Below are positions 17,708-27,148 of a stretch of DNA of 64,000 bases, in pieces (position 1 is the first letter of the stretch; each line of letters starts with the position of its first letter). Below the pieces are notes generated by a model. The model saw only the letters and a list, made by a program, of their open reading frames with translations. It searched no databases and was not told the DNA's origin. The stretch covers positions 288,001 to 352,000 of the forward strand of contig CBDAOI010000002.1 of NCBI GenBank assembly GCA_965198005.1. The letters are read 5' to 3'. The DNA is from Spirochaetia bacterium. Its GTDB lineage: Bacteria; Spirochaetota; Spirochaetia; SZUA-6; Bin103. A program made the translations under genes and the position numbers.

Positions 17708-18186
17708 GCCGGTGACTCCCGGTCCGCCGGCAAGAACTCGCGGAACTCATACTGAACGCGGCCATCCTCGGTGACCGTCACCCCGGCATGGCCGTGGCGC
17801 GCCATCTCATCCAGCGTACGCTCCGATTCCGCGATCGACAGGGGGGTATCGAGCGCGACCATCGACGCGGTCACCCGGCCGCGGTACTCGCGTGCGACCC
17901 GCAACACCTCCTTCTGCGGATCCGGCCGCGCCGGCCGCGCTACCCCGGACCGACGCCGCCGCCACAGCTCGAACCCCGCCTGCAGCGCCGGCATCACGCC
18001 GGCGAAGGCCAGCGGGAAGATCCAGTACCAGCCGCCGTGGAACAGGAGCAGGGCACCGAACACGCCGGCAAAGGTGAGTCCGCTGGTCAACTGCGCCTCC
18101 AGCTTCCTCTGCCGCTTGCGGCTGCTCGAACCCTGCTGCACTCCCCGTCCGGTCGCTCCGGCCATGTCGCCTGCAATAATACCCAT
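17704..18186 (-). CDS. Two-TM membrane protein with C-terminal winged-helix-like domain
   Basis: Two hydrophobic helices, then KEVLRVAREYRGRVT..LSIAESERTLDEM..G...YEFREFL. Confidence 0.7.
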   Translation of the reverse strand: MGIIAGDMAGATGRGVQQGSSSRKRQRKLEAQLTSGLTFAGVFGALLLFHGGWYWIFPLAFAGVMPALQAGFELWRRRRSGVARPARPDPQKEVLRVAREYRGRVTASMVALDTPLSIAESERTLDEMARHGHAGVTVTEDGRVQYEFREFLPADRESPA

Positions 18187-18241
18187 CCGGCGCGGTCCGG
18201 GCTATCGGCCGCTGGTCCGTTCTTGGCCGTTGCTACCGAAG

Positions 18242-19450
18242 CTACCCCTCCGCCTGACTCAGTGCGCGCACCTGTTCCGGCAGCCCGTACAGGTTGATGA
18301 AACCGGTGGCGTCGGCGTGGTCGTAGCTGCCGGCCGCGAACGAGGCCAGGTCGCGGCGATACAGGCCATGCGGCGACTCCCGGCCGGTGACCGTAAGATT
18401 GCCCTTGTACAGCGCCAGGCCGACCGCGCCGGTCACCACCCGGCACAGGCGCTCGCAGAACGCCTCCAGGGCAAGCCGCAACGGCGTGAACCACTTGCCG
18501 TTGTACACCAGCTCGGCGTAGCGCAGCGCCAGCTCCTGCTTGGCGTGCAGCGCGTCGGCGTCCAGGGTCAGCGCTTCCAGCTCGCGCAGGGCGGTCCACA
18601 GGATGGTGCCGCCGGGAGTCTCGTACACGCCGCGGCTCTTCATCCCCACCAGGCGCGACTCCACCAGGTCGGCGCGGCCGACGGCGTTGGCCCCGCCGAT
18701 GCGGTTCAGCTCCGCCACCAGCGCCACCGGCTCGAGCCGCCGGCCGTCCACGGCCACCGGCACGCCGGCCTCGAACGCAATGGTCAGCTCGGTCTCCCGG
18801 TCGGGGGCCTCCTGCGGCGCCACCGACCGCTGAAACAGGGACGGCGGCGGGCGGTTGACCGGGTCCTCGAGGTCGCCACCCTCGTGGCTGGTGTGCCACA
18901 GGTTGGCATCCCGCGAGTAGATGTTGCGGCGCGAGATGCCGGCCAGATCGATCCCGCGGCTGGCCGCATAGTCGATCGCCTGCTCGCGGGAACGGATCTG
19001 CCAGCGCCGCCACGGCGCGATCACGGTGAGCTGCGGGGCCAGCGCCCGATAGGTCATCTCGAACCGCACCTGATCGTTCCCCTTGCCGGTGCAGCCGTGG
19101 GCCAGCGCGTCGGCCCCCTCCGCCAGCGCCACCGCCACCTGGTGCCGGGCCTGCAGCGGACGGGCGATGGAGGTACCGAGCAGGTACTTGCCCTCGTACA
19201 CCGCCCCCGAACGCAGCAGCGGGAACAGGTACTCGGTCACGAACTCGTGCCGCAGATCCCGCAGGTGCAGCTTGCTGGCGCCGGCGGCGCGCGCCCGCGC
19301 CTCCAGACCGCGCAAGTCCTCTTCCTGCCCCAGATCCGCGCAATAGGCGACCACCTCGGCACCCGGGTAGTGCTCCTTCAGCCACGGGATGATGATCGAC
19401 GTATCCAGACCGCCGGAGTAGGCCAGCACGATCTTGCGCACCGCCGCCAT
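18242..19450 (-). CDS. argG: Argininosuccinate synthase
   Basis: VLAYSGGLDTS, YLLGTSIARP, HGCTGKGNDQVRFE, GMKSRGVYETPG. Confidence 0.98.
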   Translation of the reverse strand: MAAVRKIVLAYSGGLDTSIIIPWLKEHYPGAEVVAYCADLGQEEDLRGLEARARAAGASKLHLRDLRHEFVTEYLFPLLRSGAVYEGKYLLGTSIARPLQARHQVAVALAEGADALAHGCTGKGNDQVRFEMTYRALAPQLTVIAPWRRWQIRSREQAIDYAASRGIDLAGISRRNIYSRDANLWHTSHEGGDLEDPVNRPPPSLFQRSVAPQEAPDRETELTIAFEAGVPVAVDGRRLEPVALVAELNRIGGANAVGRADLVESRLVGMKSRGVYETPGGTILWTALRELEALTLDADALHAKQELALRYAELVYNGKWFTPLRLALEAFCERLCRVVTGAVGLALYKGNLTVTGRESPHGLYRRDLASFAAGSYDHADATGFINLYGLPEQVRALSQAEG

Positions 19451-19451
19451 G

Positions 19452-20678
19452 CTATCCTCCCGCGAGGTCGGACACCGCACGCGCGATGATCGCCAGCGCC
19501 CCGTCGATCTCGGCTTCGCTGACGATCAGCGGCGGCGCCAGCCGCAGCACGTCGTCCCCGGAGCGCAAGGCGAGCAGCCCCGCGTCACGCAGCGCCGGCA
19601 CCAGCTTGCCGATCGCGGGGGCGCCGTCCACCTCGCCGGTCACCGTGACCCCGGCCAGCAGACCGGCGCCCTTGACCCGCTCCAGCAGCGGACTGCCGCC
19701 GGCAAGCCGCTCCAGCCCGGCCCGCAGATAGCGTCCCCGGTCCGCCACGGTGGCGATGAACCCCGGGGCGGAGACGATGTCCCACACCAGGTTGCCGACC
19801 GCACAGGTCACCGGACCACCGCCGAAGGTCGTGCCGTGGTCGCCGACGTGCAGCTCGGCGTTGATCGCCGCCGGGATCAGGGTCGCCGCCAGCGGCAGAC
19901 CGCCGCCGAGCGGCTTGGCCAGCGTGATCAGATCCGGCTCCAGTCCCACCAGCTCGGACGCATACAACGCCCCGGTGCGGCTCAGCCCGGTCTGCACCTC
20001 GTCGGCGATCAGCATGATCCGGTGGCGGCGGCAGAGCTGGTTGAGGGTCTCGGCGAAGGCGCGGCTCATCAGGTCCAGCCCGCCTTCCCCCTGCACCACC
20101 TCGACGATCAGCGCACAGAAGCTGCCGTCGAGCGCGTCGCGGGCGGCGGCCGCATCGTCGTAGGGCAGCACGGTCACGCCGGGAATGAGCGGCGCGAACG
20201 GCTCCTGGTACTTTTCGGTGGGGGTGCAGCTCAGCGCCCCCATGGTGCGGCCGTGGAAGCCGCCGGTGAAGCAGGCGATGCGGTGCTTGCCGTCGGCGCC
20301 GCCGCGCTGAGCCAGCAGCCGCGCGTACTTGAGCGCGGTCTCGTTGGCCTCGGAGCCGCTGTTGGTGAACTGCACCTTGGCTATGTCCGCGCGCTGCGGG
20401 GCCGAGGCGATCAGCTTCCCGGCCAGCGCCAGGGCGGGTTCGGTGGCGTAGAGATTGGATACGTGGACCAGCCGGCGCATCTGCGCGGCGGCGGCGGCGG
20501 CCAGATCCTCGCGCCCGTAGCCGAGCGCATTCACGGCGATCCCGCCGGCGAAGTCGAGGTACCAGCGGCCGGCCACGTCCTGGACGCGGCAGCCCGTACC
20601 CTGGTCGAGCACCAGCAGCTCCGGGGTGAATACCCCGGGCATGGGATGATCGCGGACTACTGCACCGTTTCGTTGCAT
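19452..20678 (-). CDS. argD: Acetylornithine aminotransferase
   Basis: YLDFAGGIAVNALG, FHGRTMG, DEVQTG, AKPLGGGLP, HGTTFGG; inside the arg operon. Confidence 0.93.
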   Translation of the reverse strand: MQRNGAVVRDHPMPGVFTPELLVLDQGTGCRVQDVAGRWYLDFAGGIAVNALGYGREDLAAAAAAQMRRLVHVSNLYATEPALALAGKLIASAPQRADIAKVQFTNSGSEANETALKYARLLAQRGGADGKHRIACFTGGFHGRTMGALSCTPTEKYQEPFAPLIPGVTVLPYDDAAAARDALDGSFCALIVEVVQGEGGLDLMSRAFAETLNQLCRRHRIMLIADEVQTGLSRTGALYASELVGLEPDLITLAKPLGGGLPLAATLIPAAINAELHVGDHGTTFGGGPVTCAVGNLVWDIVSAPGFIATVADRGRYLRAGLERLAGGSPLLERVKGAGLLAGVTVTGEVDGAPAIGKLVPALRDAGLLALRSGDDVLRLAPPLIVSEAEIDGALAIIARAVSDLAGG

Positions 20679-21535
20679 CGGTGTTCCTCCTGTGGGGTTG
20701 GTTGGTGTGGTACCTGCCGGAGAATGGTCGTCCCGGCGGCCCCGGTCAACAGCCTGGCCAGCTCGCCCGCCGCCGCGTACCGCCCGATCACGACCCGCCG
20801 CACGCCCTGGTGCAGAGCGTGCACGGCGGCCTCGAGCTTGGGAATCATGCCGCCCCGGATGGCGCCGCCGGCGATTTCTTCCTGGGCCTGCGCGGGAGTC
20901 AGCGCCGCCAGCACCCGGCCGGCCTTGAGCACGCCCGGCACGTCGGAGAGAAACAGCAGGCGGTCGGCGCTCAGCGCCGGTGCCAAGCGCAATGCCACCG
21001 TGTCGGCGTTGATGTTCACCGGCAGACCCGGCGGTTCCAGACTGGTGGGAGCCACCACCGGCAGGTAGCCATGGTCGAGCAGGAGGCGCACCAGCCGGGT
21101 GTCGACCGCGGCCACGCGCGCCGTGTGGCTGTCACCCAGCCGCGCGCCGGTGAAGATCGGGCCGTCGGCGCCGGTCAGGCCCACCGCCCGCAGCCCGGCC
21201 GCCGCGCAGGCGCGCACCAGCCGGGTGTTCACCGCCCCGCCGAGCACCATGTCGACGTAGGGCATCTCCTGCGCGGAGGTGATCCGCACCCCGTCGACGA
21301 AGCGCGGCTCGAGGCCGACCCGCCGGGTAAGCTCGCTCACCTCGGCGCCGCCGCCATGTACCAGGACGACGCGCGCACCGCCGCGGACCAGGCCGGCCAG
21401 CTCGCCCGCCAGCGCGGCCAGTACCGACGGCTCCTCGCCGGCGGCGCCGCCCAGCTTGATCACGATCAGCTCCGCCGCGCCCGGCGGCCGCTGGGGTCCC
21501 GCGGGGCGCGCGGTTCCGCGGCCCGAAGATGCCAT
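20657..21535 (-). CDS. argB: Acetylglutamate kinase
   Basis: VIKLGG, LVHGGG, FVDGVRIT, NINAD, GGMIPK. Confidence 0.95.
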   Translation of the reverse strand: MASSGRGTARPAGPQRPPGAAELIVIKLGGAAGEEPSVLAALAGELAGLVRGGARVVLVHGGGAEVSELTRRVGLEPRFVDGVRITSAQEMPYVDMVLGGAVNTRLVRACAAAGLRAVGLTGADGPIFTGARLGDSHTARVAAVDTRLVRLLLDHGYLPVVAPTSLEPPGLPVNINADTVALRLAPALSADRLLFLSDVPGVLKAGRVLAALTPAQAQEEIAGGAIRGGMIPKLEAAVHALHQGVRRVVIGRYAAAGELARLLTGAAGTTILRQVPHQPTPQEEHRCNETVQ

Positions 21536-22575
21536 CAGGTCTCGCCGAACCGCGGCAGTCCGGCGGTCTCCTCCAGCCCGAAGCGGAGGTTCATGTTCTG
21601 GATCGCCTGACCGGCGGCGCCCTTCACCAGATTGTCGATTACCGAGAACAGCAACACCTGGTCGCCCGCAACGCGCCAGCCGATGTCGCAGCGGTTCGCC
21701 CCCCACACGTCGGCAGTGGCGGGAATACGGTCCCCCGTGAGGTGCACGAACGGCGCCTCCGCGTAGCCCCGCTCCAGTGCCTGCGTGACCCGGCCGGCGG
21801 CGCGCGGCGCCCGCAACGTGGCCACGGTGGTGGCGGCCAGCCCGCGCCGCATCGGCACCAGGTGGGGCGTGAACAGCAGGTCCAGGTCGGACGCGACCGC
21901 GGCGAGCTGCGCCATCATCTCCGCGTGGTGGCGGTGGCTGCGCCCGGGAGCGTAGGCGGTGACGTTCTCGCTCAGCTCCGTGAACAGGTATTCGACGCTC
22001 ACCTTGCGCCCGGCACCGGTGATGCCGCTCATCGCGTTGGCAATCACGGTGCCGCGCAGCAGCCCCGCCGCGGCCAGCGGCAGCAGCGGCAGCAGCACCG
22101 CGGTGGGATAGCAGCCGGGGTTGGCGATGATCGGAGCGCCGCGGATCGCGTCGGCGTGCCACTCGCACAACCCGTATGCCGCGCGCGGCAGCAGGTCCGG
22201 CCGTGGCGGGGCGGTCCCGTACGCGGCCGCGAACCGCGCGTGGTCCTGAATCCGAAAATCGGCCGCGAGGTCGATCACTACCGCCGAATCGAACCAGGGC
22301 GCGGCGCCGGCCGCGGAGGTGAGCGGCGGCAGCGCGGAGAACACCACGTCGGTCGGGCGTTGCGCCGCCGCGGCGGCGTCGACCAGCAGACCGTCCCCCA
22401 GCTTGGGATGCGAGCCGCCGGCGAGGGGCGCGAACCCGGGCACCACCGTGGCCAACGGCTCGCCGGCGCGGGAGCCGGACACCGGGATCAGACCGGTGAC
22501 CGCCGGGTGATCGACGAGCAGCCGCAGCAGGTGCGCGCCGGAGTAGCCGGTGGCGCCGAGCACGGTCGCGATCAC
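21535..22575 (-). CDS. argC: N-acetyl-gamma-glutamyl-phosphate reductase
   Basis: GATGYSG, IANPGCYPT, FTPHLVPMRRG, IDNLVKGAAGQAIQNMN. Confidence 0.97.
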   Translation of the reverse strand: MIATVLGATGYSGAHLLRLLVDHPAVTGLIPVSGSRAGEPLATVVPGFAPLAGGSHPKLGDGLLVDAAAAAQRPTDVVFSALPPLTSAAGAAPWFDSAVVIDLAADFRIQDHARFAAAYGTAPPRPDLLPRAAYGLCEWHADAIRGAPIIANPGCYPTAVLLPLLPLAAAGLLRGTVIANAMSGITGAGRKVSVEYLFTELSENVTAYAPGRSHRHHAEMMAQLAAVASDLDLLFTPHLVPMRRGLAATTVATLRAPRAAGRVTQALERGYAEAPFVHLTGDRIPATADVWGANRCDIGWRVAGDQVLLFSVIDNLVKGAAGQAIQNMNLRFGLEETAGLPRFGET

Positions 22576-23090
22576 GACGCCTGCTCCACGAGCGCCGGCA
22601 CGCGCCGGCGCAGGGCGCGCTCGGCGGCGGCCGCCGTGGTCCCGTCCGCGAGCACCGCGAGGATGGTGTCGTCGCCGGCTACCGTGCCGAGGATGCCGGG
22701 CACCTGCAGCTTGTCCAGGGCGAAGGCAACACTGCTGCCGTGGCCCGGCAGCGTGCGGATCACGACCAGGTTGCCGGAAAAGGCGATCGACCGATACCCG
22801 TACAGAAACGCGTGCTGCAAGCTGGCGTCCGACCCGGAGGTGTCCAGCTCGTCGCGAAAGGCGTAGCTGTAGCCGCCGCGCCCGTCCGGCAGCTTCCCGA
22901 CCTTGAGCAGCTTGAGGTCACGCGACAGCGTGGCCTGGGTCACCCGATGCCCACGCGCCGCAAGCGAGCGCAGCAACTGCCCCTGACTGGTGACGGCGCC
23001 GCCGGCGATCAGTTCCCGCACCAGCCGCTGGCGCGTCGCCGCCGCGGCCCTGCCCCGCGGGGCGGACGTCACGGCCGTATTTTCATTCAT
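22572..23090 (-). CDS. argR: Arginine repressor
   Basis: VTQATLSRDL, VVIRTLPG, ILGTVAGDDTI. Confidence 0.96.
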   Translation of the reverse strand: MNENTAVTSAPRGRAAAATRQRLVRELIAGGAVTSQGQLLRSLAARGHRVTQATLSRDLKLLKVGKLPDGRGGYSYAFRDELDTSGSDASLQHAFLYGYRSIAFSGNLVVIRTLPGHGSSVAFALDKLQVPGILGTVAGDDTILAVLADGTTAAAAERALRRRVPALVEQAS

Positions 23091-23128
23091 GGATCAGCAT
23101 GAATACTCACTCCGGTTGGAGTGGTCAA
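23075..23128 (-). promoter_or_regulatory. arg operon promoter with two ARG-box-like sequences
   Basis: TTGACC-17bp-TATTCA; AT-rich cores GGAGTGAGTATTCA and TGAATGAAAATACG overlap the -10 and the argR start. Confidence 0.55.
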
Positions 23129-23275
23129 GCGCCGCGTGGTTCGGGCCAAGCAGAAACTTCGTCAGGCAAAGACCAAGCCAGCACCGGCCGCGCCGCACGG
23201 ACAGATCTTCCGCCGGTTGCGCAGCCGCCGTGGAAGCGGTACCGTGCCCGAGAGTCTCCGATCCGATCGCAGCGC

Positions 23276-24382
23276 ATGAGTTTCGACCCAGAGGCCAACG
23301 CCGCTCCCGGCATCGGCCGCATCGCACCCTACGTTCCCGGACGCACCATCGACGAAGTGGCGCGCGCGCTCGGCTTGTCGGACATCATCAAGCTCGCCTC
23401 CAACGAGAATCCGCTCGGCATCAGCCCCCGGGCGGCGGCCGCGATCCGGGCGTGCGCCGGCCGCGGCCATCTGTATCCCGAGATCGTCCAGCCGGAGTTG
23501 CAGACCGCGCTCGGACAGGCCAACGGGGTCGCACCGGAGTGCATCGTGACCGGCAACGGCGCCGACTCGATCCTGTACTGCGCCGCGCTGGCGTTTCTGC
23601 GACCGGGCGACGAGGTGCTGGTGCCGGCAGTGACGTTCGACCTGTACCGCACCGTGGCGCTGACCAAGGCGGCCACGGTAGTCGAAGTTCCCATGCCGGG
23701 GCTCCGGATCGACCCGGCGGCGATCCTGGAGCGGGTCACTGCGCGCACCCGCATGCTGTTCGTGTGCAATCCCAACAACCCCACCGGGGGGCTGGTCTCC
23801 GCCGCCGCGTTCGAGCGGCTGTTGGCGGGGCTCCCCGAGCGGGTGGTGCTGGTGCACGACGAGGTGTACCGCGAGTTTGCCGACGCCGCCGAGTTTCCCG
23901 ACCTGATCGCGCGCGTCGCGGGCGGGGCCGGCAACCTGATTCTGGTGCGCAGCATGGCCAAGGCGTACGGTCTGGCCGGCGTGCGCTTCGGGTACGGCAT
24001 CATGGCGCCCCCGACCGCCGCCCTGCTGCACCGCGTGCGGCCGCCGTTCGACACCTCGCTGCTGGCCCAGGCGGCGGCGCTCGCGGCGCTGACCGATGAC
24101 GAATTCCTGCAGCGCACGCTGGCCCTCAACCGCGCCGGCAAGCGGCAGCTCTACGGCGCGTTCAGCCGGCTCGGGCTGCAGGCGCTGCCCACGCACGCCA
24201 ATTTCATTCTGGTCGACGTCGGCCGCGACGCGCGTACCGTGGCCCGCCGGCTGCTGGAGCAGGGCGTGATCGTGCGCACCCCGCGCCACCCCGCGCTGGC
24301 CCGCCATCTACGGGTGAGCGTCGGGACGGAAACCGAGAATCGCCGTTTCATCGCCGCGCTCGAACCCACCCTGCGAGCATGA
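23276..24382 (+). CDS. hisC: Histidinol-phosphate aminotransferase
   Basis: PYVPG, IKLASNENP, CNPNNPTG, RSMAKAYGLAGVRFGY, LRVSVGT..EN. Confidence 0.93.
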   Translation: MSFDPEANAAPGIGRIAPYVPGRTIDEVARALGLSDIIKLASNENPLGISPRAAAAIRACAGRGHLYPEIVQPELQTALGQANGVAPECIVTGNGADSILYCAALAFLRPGDEVLVPAVTFDLYRTVALTKAATVVEVPMPGLRIDPAAILERVTARTRMLFVCNPNNPTGGLVSAAAFERLLAGLPERVVLVHDEVYREFADAAEFPDLIARVAGGAGNLILVRSMAKAYGLAGVRFGYGIMAPPTAALLHRVRPPFDTSLLAQAAALAALTDDEFLQRTLALNRAGKRQLYGAFSRLGLQALPTHANFILVDVGRDARTVARRLLEQGVIVRTPRHPALARHLRVSVGTETENRRFIAALEPTLRA

Positions 24383-25047
24383 TCGCGGCCCGCCCGCGTG
24401 GGGCGCTGGTACTGGCGGGGCTGGCGGCGGGGCTGGCGCTGGCAGGCTGCGAGACGCGCGCACCCGAGCTGCGTGAGCTGCACTGGCAACTGGTCGACTT
24501 CCACGACCAATCGCTGGATGACCGGTACGAGGCCCTGAGTCTGTTCGCCCGGGTGAGCGACGCCGACGGTGCGGACGATCTCGATGAACTGTACCTGATC
24601 TTCGAGGCGGGTGAGCTGTATTGGCGCCTGACGGCCGACGACTGGATCCAGACCGACCGAAACGGCGCGGTCTGGATCGGCAGTACCACGCTGGCGATGC
24701 CGGGCCGGGAGCCGTTTCCTCCCGGAGAGTACCGCGTGCTGGTGGTGGACATCGGCGGCGAGCGGGCCGAGCTGCGGTTCGTGCTTCCCGCCCGGCGCAG
24801 CGCCACGCCGGCGCCCGAGGTCAGGGCTACCGACACCGGCTTCACGGTGCGCGGCGCGACCGACTACGAACTGTGGGTCCTGGCCGAGGGCAACCTGGTG
24901 GCGACGATCGACGCCACCGAACCGGTCGATCTCGTGCGCCGCCTCGACGGCCGCGACGAGACCCGCTATCAGGTGTACGTATACGGACACCTGCCCGCAA
25001 CGGAGCAGGGAGTCCTGGCCGGTCCATACGAATGGCGCCGGCCGTAG
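24379..25047 (+). CDS. Putative lipoprotein, function unknown
   Basis: Signal peptide with LAGC lipobox; coupled to hisC (ATGA overlap). Confidence 0.7.
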   Translation: MIAARPRGALVLAGLAAGLALAGCETRAPELRELHWQLVDFHDQSLDDRYEALSLFARVSDADGADDLDELYLIFEAGELYWRLTADDWIQTDRNGAVWIGSTTLAMPGREPFPPGEYRVLVVDIGGERAELRFVLPARRSATPAPEVRATDTGFTVRGATDYELWVLAEGNLVATIDATEPVDLVRRLDGRDETRYQVYVYGHLPATEQGVLAGPYEWRRP

Positions 25048-25070
25048 TGCCAGCTGCCGGGCGGGGCACA

Positions 25071-25143
<73 letters not shown>

Positions 25144-25500
25144 GGGGCCTTGGATTGTCCCCAATTTACCACGCCGCGCAGCACCGGATCAACCGGATCC
25201 ATCCGGGCGATCCGGGCGGTCTCTAGACGCGGTTTCTGGGATCGCCAAGAAGGACGCCGTGAAAGGACGCCGGATCGATGTCTGACTTGAGGAAACAGCG
25301 TATGGGTGACGCACGCGAGCCAACGTCCTCGTTGCCGTGCTGATCGGCGGCACCGCCGGATTCTTCGGTGGCGTCACTGCAGCGGCCTGCTGGCCGTGGT
25401 GCTCGGGATCGTGCTGCCGCTGTTGATCGGCGTGGCGCTTCGTGCAACCGGCAAGGCCGGCAAGGTTGATGCAATGACGCGATGCTGCCATGATGCTCTC

Positions 25501-25725
25501 ATGCGAACCACCGTCACGATCGACGATGATGTAATCGCCGTTGCGCGCACGCTCGCGCAGAATAGCGGCAGCAGTCTGGGGAGCGCGTTGTCCGTGCTCG
25601 CACGTCGCGGTTTCAGGCGGGTAGAAACCGACGACGCGGGCGAAGTACCGGTATTTCGGATTGCTCCCGACACCCCCCCCATTACCAGCGAGGATGTCCG
25701 TAAGGCGCTGAGCGATTGGCCATGA
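25501..25725 (+). CDS. VapB-type (CopG/RHH) antitoxin
   Basis: MRTTVTIDDDV...SLGSALSVLARRG...PITSEDV; ATGA overlap with the PIN gene. Confidence 0.85.
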   Translation: MRTTVTIDDDVIAVARTLAQNSGSSLGSALSVLARRGFRRVETDDAGEVPVFRIAPDTPPITSEDVRKALSDWP

Positions 25726-25982
25726 TCGCGTTACCCGACGTCAACGTGTTGATTGCGCTCGCCTGGCCTAATCACGTGCACCATGATCCAGCGCGGTCAT
25801 GGTTCGCGGCCAACCGCAACACCGGGTGGGCGACCTGCCCGCTAACTGAAGCCGGGTTTGTACGCGTCTCCTGCAATAGCTTGGCGGTCAAGCCGGAGGT
25901 CGCACGCGCTCGCACCGCCCTGCGTGACACTTTGTCACCCCTGCGCTGCAATCGTCCTCCAAACCAGATCTTGCCCCTCTGA
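25722..25982 (+). pseudogene. Truncated VapC-type PIN toxin
   Basis: LPDVNVLIAL..HVHH..ARSWF..WATCPLTEAGFVR, then similarity is lost after about 55 aa. Confidence 0.75.
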
Positions 25983-26101
25983 TTCACTCAATACGAGACC
26001 TACACCCAGATGATATGATCCGCGACGCCGCACATCGCGGCGGGGGCCGGCGGGGCCGGGCGGTTGTCAAGCGTACGGGCGGCTGGTAGCGTGATGGCCG
26101 G

Positions 26102-27148
26102 ATGCCCGCGCACATCACCCATCTTCTGTTCGCCGAGGATGTTCTGCGGCAGGCCACGGCCAACGCGGACGCGATTCTGGAGCGCGCCGGCAACCTGTTC
26201 TGCCTGGGTGCGCAGGGGCCCGACATCTTCTACCACAATCAACGTACGCGCCCGTTCGCACTGCGCTACGGCACGCTGCTGCATCGCCGGGGCTACGGCA
26301 CGGTGATCGCGCACATGGCGGAGCTGCTGGCCGCGGCGACGCGCCGTGGCGGTCTCGATTGGGAGGCGGCGGGCTACCTGCTGGGGTTCGCCACCCACGC
26401 CGAGTTGGACCGCCACACCCATCCGTACATCATCTGCCGCGGCGGCTGGGTGCGATCCGACGACGCCGCCAGCCGCGTGTACTTCCGCTGCCATGCCTTC
26501 CTCGAACGCATGCTCGACGTGGTGGCGCTGCGCGAGCTGCGCGGAGCGGAGTTGCACCAGTTCGACTTCTTTTCCCGGATCTACTGTGGCGAGAACCTGC
26601 CGTACACGACCCTCAAGATGCTGCTCAAGGCGATTGACGCGGCCTACCCGGATGCCCGCTACAAGTCGCGCAACCGGCGCCGGATCGAGAATGCCTACGC
26701 GGATTCGATGCGGTTCTATACGCTCACCGATCATCGCAATCCGCAATTGCGCCGGAAGGCACTGGAACTGGACCGGAGCGAGGGGTTCCAACGGCGCCGC
26801 ATTGCCGTGTTTCACTTTCCCGAGCACGGCCAGGAGCTGGATCCCGGCAACCTGCAACACCGGCCGTGGCCCCATCCGTGCGCTCCCGAGGTCCGCAGCA
26901 CGGACAGTCTGATCGACCGGATGGCCGCGGCGCGTGCCGTGCTCACGCCCCGGCTGCGAACCCTGGCGGCAACCGTCGGCGTCGCCTTCGACCCGCCGGC
27001 GGCCCCGCTGCCGGCCGCCGACCTGGCGGCGCTGTTCGGCGACCAGAGCCTCGGGGCCACCCTCGACGCCCGCACCTGTACCCCGATTCACGCCGAGCCG
27101 CTGCCGTTGCCCGCGGTGTTCGACCGGCTGTACGCGGAAACCGCATGA
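26102..27148 (+). CDS. Zinc-dependent phospholipase C family protein
   Basis: MPAHITH, GAQGPDIF, LH, GFATHAELDRHTHPYI, H..LE. Confidence 0.8.
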   Translation: MPAHITHLLFAEDVLRQATANADAILERAGNLFCLGAQGPDIFYHNQRTRPFALRYGTLLHRRGYGTVIAHMAELLAAATRRGGLDWEAAGYLLGFATHAELDRHTHPYIICRGGWVRSDDAASRVYFRCHAFLERMLDVVALRELRGAELHQFDFFSRIYCGENLPYTTLKMLLKAIDAAYPDARYKSRNRRRIENAYADSMRFYTLTDHRNPQLRRKALELDRSEGFQRRRIAVFHFPEHGQELDPGNLQHRPWPHPCAPEVRSTDSLIDRMAAARAVLTPRLRTLAATVGVAFDPPAAPLPAADLAALFGDQSLGATLDARTCTPIHAEPLPLPAVFDRLYAETA

